Source of the DNA: Lentisphaeria bacterium
GTDB taxonomy: Bacteria > Verrucomicrobiota > Lentisphaeria > Victivallales > UBA1829
Reading direction: 5' to 3'
Assembly (NCBI GenBank): GCA_017456495.1
Contig: JAFTJI010000028.1
Coordinates: forward strand, 1 to 58,596
DNA: 58,596 nt
In this document: one piece after another, positions 55,041-58,596 of the stretch
Position numbering within the stretch: position 1 is the stretch's first letter
How the letters are laid out: each line of letters begins with the position of its first letter
The notes under the pieces: generated by a model
The model's input: the letters and a program-made list of their open reading frames with translations, nothing else
Told to the model about the DNA's origin: nothing
Database searches by the model: none
Program-made: the position numbers and the translations under genes

Positions 55041-55784
55041 ATGAAAAACGGTGAAAAAAGTTTTGCGAAATTGTTTGAGCTTCTGGAGCTGATCGCCCGG
55101 AGTCATAATGGAATCAGCGGAAAGGAGCTTTCGTCCCTCTCCGGGATCCCGCAAAGTACAACGTTCCGGATGCTGAAATTTATGGCGGATCATGATTATC
55201 TGCGGGCTGAGCACGGAAAATATACCTTGAGCACCGGATTCATCCGGCTTGGAAACGTGGCATTTCAGCAGAATCCTCTTGTAAAATTTGCCCGTCCGGT
55301 TCTGGAAGAACTCGCCCGTGTGACTCAGGAAACGGTTCATTTTGCAAAATTGCAGAATGACCGGATCATTTATATTGACAAAGTGGAGGGCAGCCGTCCG
55401 ATCCGGATGGGATCGCTGATCGGGAAAACCAACCCGCTTTACTGCACAGGTGTTGGAAAAGCGATTTTTGCATTTCTTGAACAGGAAAAACAGGAACAAC
55501 TTCTTTCCGGAATGAGTTACCAGCAATTCACGGAAACAACGATCGTAACAGATTCCGCAATGCGGAAAGAACTGGCGCAAATCAGAAAACGCGGATATGC
55601 CATTGATAACTGTGAACATGAAACCGGAGTTTATTGTGTGGCAGCTCCGATCCTTGACGGCAACAGAAACAGCATCGCCGGAATCAGTATTTCCGGTGCA
55701 GAATTTTACATGAAAGACAATGCCGCAACATTGGCAAAACTTGTTCAAACCGCCGCAAGACAGATCTCTGAAAAAGTTGTTTGA
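55041..55784 (+). CDS. IclR family transcriptional regulator
   Basis: N-terminal wHTH (FELLELIARSHNGISGKELSSLSGIPQSTTFRMLKFM) and C-terminal IclR effector domain (GVYCVAAPILD). Confidence 0.9.
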   Translation: MKNGEKSFAKLFELLELIARSHNGISGKELSSLSGIPQSTTFRMLKFMADHDYLRAEHGKYTLSTGFIRLGNVAFQQNPLVKFARPVLEELARVTQETVHFAKLQNDRIIYIDKVEGSRPIRMGSLIGKTNPLYCTGVGKAIFAFLEQEKQEQLLSGMSYQQFTETTIVTDSAMRKELAQIRKRGYAIDNCEHETGVYCVAAPILDGNRNSIAGISISGAEFYMKDNAATLAKLVQTAARQISEKVV

Positions 55785-55830
55785 TTTTCGGGGATAAACT
55801 TTTTATTCTGACTGCCTCAGAAACAACGCA

Positions 55831-55871
55831 AAAAAAACTCCGCTGAGCCATAACAGAACAGCGGAGTTTTT
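55831..55871. terminator. Bidirectional intrinsic terminator
   Basis: AAAAAAA-ACTCCGCTG ... CAGCGGAGT-TTTTT between the convergent IclR and glutamine synthetase genes. Confidence 0.8.
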
Positions 55872-55889
55872 GTATGATCGGAAAAGCAA

Positions 55890-57389
55890 TCAGCAGTGGA
55901 AGTATTTTTCCACCAGTTCCAGGATCTTAGCCTGATCGTTGCCAATGTCAGCACGGAGGGTGCGGTCATTGAACTTACGCAGGGTTGCGATCAAGCCGTC
56001 AATCATCGTGGGAGCAAACACGCCGTCTTTTTCATAGAATGCGCGCTGAGCTTCGAGACAATCAGCAGATGCTGCACAGCTGTCGGGCAGAACATTGAGA
56101 GAATCAAGAACAGCCTTGTTTTCATCCTTATGGATATTGACGTTCACATAGGTTTTTGCTGCGACATCAAGAGCGTTGGGGTTTTCGAATCCGTGACGGA
56201 ATGCGACAGCCAGACCTGCGAGGAGCAGGAAGATATCTGCGGAACCGTCGGGGGAACGCATTTCAACAGTCTGCTTCTGGGAGGTATCATAAGAAGCACC
56301 GGATTTTTCGTTCGGGTTAGCCTGAGCACAGAGATCCTTCTTGCTGGTCCATCCGAGGGGAACACGGACAAGCACGGAACGGTTGCGGTCGCCCCAGCAG
56401 ATGTTGGTGGGAGCTTCCTGATGGGGAACCAGACGGAAGTAGCTTGTGGGGTTGGTGTTGCCGAATGCAGTGATGGAGGGAGCAAGTTCCATGAGACCGG
56501 AAATCGCTTTCTTGGCATCATCGGAGAGTGCGCCGTCTTTCTGCATCAGGTTGATACCGTCTTTCATGACGCGGAAGTGGATGTGCATACCGGACCCTGC
56601 TTTTCCGACGGTGATCTTGGGAGCGAAAGTCACATCCAAGCCGTTCTGGTAAGCCAGGTTGCGGATGATCCATTTTGCAACGATGAGCTGTTCTGCAGCT
56701 TCTTCAGCATTGACGGGGAGGAATTCGATTTCGTTCTGTTCGTAAATCTTTCCGTCGAGAGTGAAGTTTCCGACTTCGGAGTGACCGTACTTGATCTGTC
56801 CGCCGGTACGGGAGATGTAGTTCATGCAAAGCTGGCGGAACTCACCGAATTTTGCATAGGGAGCGGATTCGTGATAACCTTTCTGGTCGACTGCAGGATA
56901 GCAGGCATCATCGGGAGCGATAACGTAGTATTCGAGTTCGCCCATTGCCTGAAATTCCAGACCGGTGGAACGTGTGAATGCTTCGCATGCCTTGTGCAGA
57001 GTATATTCCGGAGAGCTGGAAAGGGGTTCGCCGTCTTTATTGAAGAAAGAGCAGAGGAAGTTGATTGTGGGCAGCTCGCAGAAGGGGTCGATGTAAGCTG
57101 TCCGGAAACGGGGAACAACATAAAGGTCGCTGTTGTTTGCTTCGATGAAGGGGAAAAGACTGGAACCGTCAACGCGTTCGCCGCAGGAGAGGATTTCATC
57201 AAGATAAGCAGCGTCGTTGATAACGAAGTTCAAAGTTTTCAGTCTGCCATCGCCGGCAGGATATTGGAAATTAACATGACGGATCTCTTCAGAGATGATA
57301 AAATCAATGATATCTTTTTTGGTAAAATCTTTCGGAGCTTTTCCGATCCGCGCTGCCAGTTCATGACTGGTGTAATTGAGTTTGTCCAT
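55890..57389 (-). CDS. glnA: Glutamine synthetase
   Basis: GSGMHIHF ATP-site block, NPTSYFRLVP, VLVRVPLGW and EMRSPDGSADIFLLLAGL blocks. Start set to the ATG at 57389 (MDKLNY), preceded by AGAGG. Confidence 0.85.
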   Translation of the reverse strand: MDKLNYTSHELAARIGKAPKDFTKKDIIDFIISEEIRHVNFQYPAGDGRLKTLNFVINDAAYLDEILSCGERVDGSSLFPFIEANNSDLYVVPRFRTAYIDPFCELPTINFLCSFFNKDGEPLSSSPEYTLHKACEAFTRSTGLEFQAMGELEYYVIAPDDACYPAVDQKGYHESAPYAKFGEFRQLCMNYISRTGGQIKYGHSEVGNFTLDGKIYEQNEIEFLPVNAEEAAEQLIVAKWIIRNLAYQNGLDVTFAPKITVGKAGSGMHIHFRVMKDGINLMQKDGALSDDAKKAISGLMELAPSITAFGNTNPTSYFRLVPHQEAPTNICWGDRNRSVLVRVPLGWTSKKDLCAQANPNEKSGASYDTSQKQTVEMRSPDGSADIFLLLAGLAVAFRHGFENPNALDVAAKTYVNVNIHKDENKAVLDSLNVLPDSCAASADCLEAQRAFYEKDGVFAPTMIDGLIATLRKFNDRTLRADIGNDQAKILELVEKYFHC

Positions 57390-57476
57390 TACAAAACCTC
57401 TTTTGTTGATATTGAGTTGATGATGGCTTAATATAACACTATAACGCTTGATTGTCAAATAGATCTGCAATGAAAT

Positions 57477-58370
57477 TCAGGCATTTCCGTTCCCTGTCCG
57501 GAATTCTGTCGGGCTCATGCGGAACCTGCTGCGGAACCGTTTGGTAAAATAATTGGAGTCGTGAAAGCCGCAGGAAAAGGCGATCTCTGCAACTTGCTGG
57601 TCAGTATTTTTCAACAGGGAACATGCCGCATTCAAACGGAGCGTGGTCAAATATTGCAGAGGAGTCTGGTTCACAGCAGCTTGAAACGCCCGTAAAAGTG
57701 TATTCACTGACATGCTGGAACATTTTGCCATACGCTGCAAGTCCCAATCCTCCTGAAAAGAGGCTTCAAGGAGACTGAACAAACCAGCCAGCCTGGAGAG
57801 CGGCTGCTTTTCCGTGCTGTTCCCTGTGGAACGGGAAAGGAAGACGGTCAACTCATAGACGGCAGAAAGGATCGCAGCCTCACAGCCGGGTTTCCGGAAC
57901 TCAAACTCCAGTTCCATTTTTCGGATCAGCCCGAGAACATAAGAGAGAGCATGCGCCGAAAGGGTCAGCGTATTATGAAACTCCCGCCTGTTCCGCAGTT
58001 CCGGTTCCAGGCGGAAAATCAGATGATATCCCGGAATCCGGTTCAAATACTCCTGCATATTGGAGAAAATCTTATCAGAAAATATGAAGTTGACCACTTC
58101 AAGATTCTGGTAATCCTCAAAAAAATGGGCAGTTTTTCCGGTAATCATGAAAACATCGCCAACCGAAACAGGATAAGAGGTTCCGTTGATATTCTGTACT
58201 CCGGATCCGGAGGTGATGATCACAAGCTCGGAAAAATCATGCCAGTGAGGAACTCCCGTGTAATCATGGGGATGCGTCAGGACCGTTCCGCGCACTCTGC
58301 GTATGGCAACAGGCACAAAACCTTCCTGAAAATAAAATTCTCCGGGTATCTGTATGATCTTCTTTTTCAT
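57477..58370 (-). CDS. AraC family transcriptional regulator
   Basis: Cupin-like N-domain (HWHDFSELVIITSG) and C-terminal double HTH (MSVNTLLRAFQAAVNQTPLQYLTTLRLNAACSLL...SNYFTKRFRSRFRMSPTEFR). Confidence 0.9.
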   Translation of the reverse strand: MKKKIIQIPGEFYFQEGFVPVAIRRVRGTVLTHPHDYTGVPHWHDFSELVIITSGSGVQNINGTSYPVSVGDVFMITGKTAHFFEDYQNLEVVNFIFSDKIFSNMQEYLNRIPGYHLIFRLEPELRNRREFHNTLTLSAHALSYVLGLIRKMELEFEFRKPGCEAAILSAVYELTVFLSRSTGNSTEKQPLSRLAGLFSLLEASFQEDWDLQRMAKCSSMSVNTLLRAFQAAVNQTPLQYLTTLRLNAACSLLKNTDQQVAEIAFSCGFHDSNYFTKRFRSRFRMSPTEFRTGNGNA

Positions 58371-58458
58371 AATGGTGATAATTTACTATATATTGGTGAT
58401 TTTGTCAAGGCATATTCCGGAAAAATATGCTATATTAGTGCAAAACAACAGATTACAT

Positions 58459-58596
58459 GAGGTAATTTCAAAAGTCCGGCAAAATTTGGCTGAAAAAAGA
58501 TTGTTGATGAGTTGGAAATGGTAGTTTGAGCGTGGCTACCATCCTCCTTCGCTGAAGCTATGGAGGACAAGCCGAAAACGCTCCATTTGCAGATCG
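58459..58596 (+). mobile_element. MITE-like repeat, copy C (3' end cut by the window edge)
   Basis: Starts with GAGGTAATTTCAAAAGTCCGGCAAAATTTGGCTG and is nearly identical to copy B through the ATCCTCC...GGAGGAC core. Confidence 0.8.

Noticed and set aside
55896-57431. A 511-aa ORF on the plus strand that spans almost the entire glutamine synthetase gene in antisense.
   Set aside because: The minus-strand frame carries unmistakable GS motifs, an RBS and a terminator. The antisense product is low-complexity and has no motifs. Long antisense ORFs are a common by-product of codon bias.
1-58596. Search for tRNA, rRNA, integrase, transposase or prophage genes, and for toxin-antitoxin or restriction-modification modules.
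   Set aside because: I found nothing in any intergenic region or ORF translation. The only mobile-type sequences are the non-autonomous MITE-like repeats.

Overview
This 58.6 kb window looks like chromosomal DNA from a PVC-superphylum bacterium, probably Lentisphaerota/Victivallales-like. That assignment is an inference from four prepilin-type H-X9-DG (DUF1559-like) pseudopilin genes embedded in glycan-degradation operons. About 44 protein genes are supported. They form three long plus-strand carbohydrate loci: 10.9-21.5 kb, 26.6-35.1 kb and 37.1-47.9 kb. These loci mix pseudopilins with secreted glycoside-hydrolase or lyase-like proteins, LamG/CBM modules, FAD-dependent oxidoreductases and a sodium:solute symporter. 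The window also has many regulators (4 AraC, 1 GntR/LacI chimera, 1 IclR), three Gfo/Idh/MocA oxidoreductases, pta, a type-2 TrpB, a GH36 alpha-galactosidase, a glutamine synthetase, and an amino-sugar or aminocyclitol-like cluster (DegT aminotransferase, AAC(3)-TIM-barrel fusion, cyclase-like protein). I saw no rRNA, tRNA, CRISPR array, transposase or integrase. The main observations beyond routine annotation are: (1) a 17-codon leader peptide ending in WWRRW, with alternative hairpins and two intrinsic terminators, upstream of the orphan trpB2; (2) a MITE-like repeat family with 18-bp terminal inverted repeats and 4-bp flanking duplications, in three long copies plus a 40-bp mini copy inside the trpB2 leader; (3) a conserved roughly 35-bp motif placed exactly 8 nt upstream of the -35 box at two sigma70-like promoters, plus an orphan third copy; (4) an AT-rich two-gene island (3.1-6.1 kb) encoding membrane proteins I cannot assign; (5) two unusual AAC(3)-domain fusions; (6) the repeated pseudopilin-plus-secreted-enzyme module with no pilus or T2SS machinery nearby. 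All functional calls come from motif recognition by eye, and no database search was possible.
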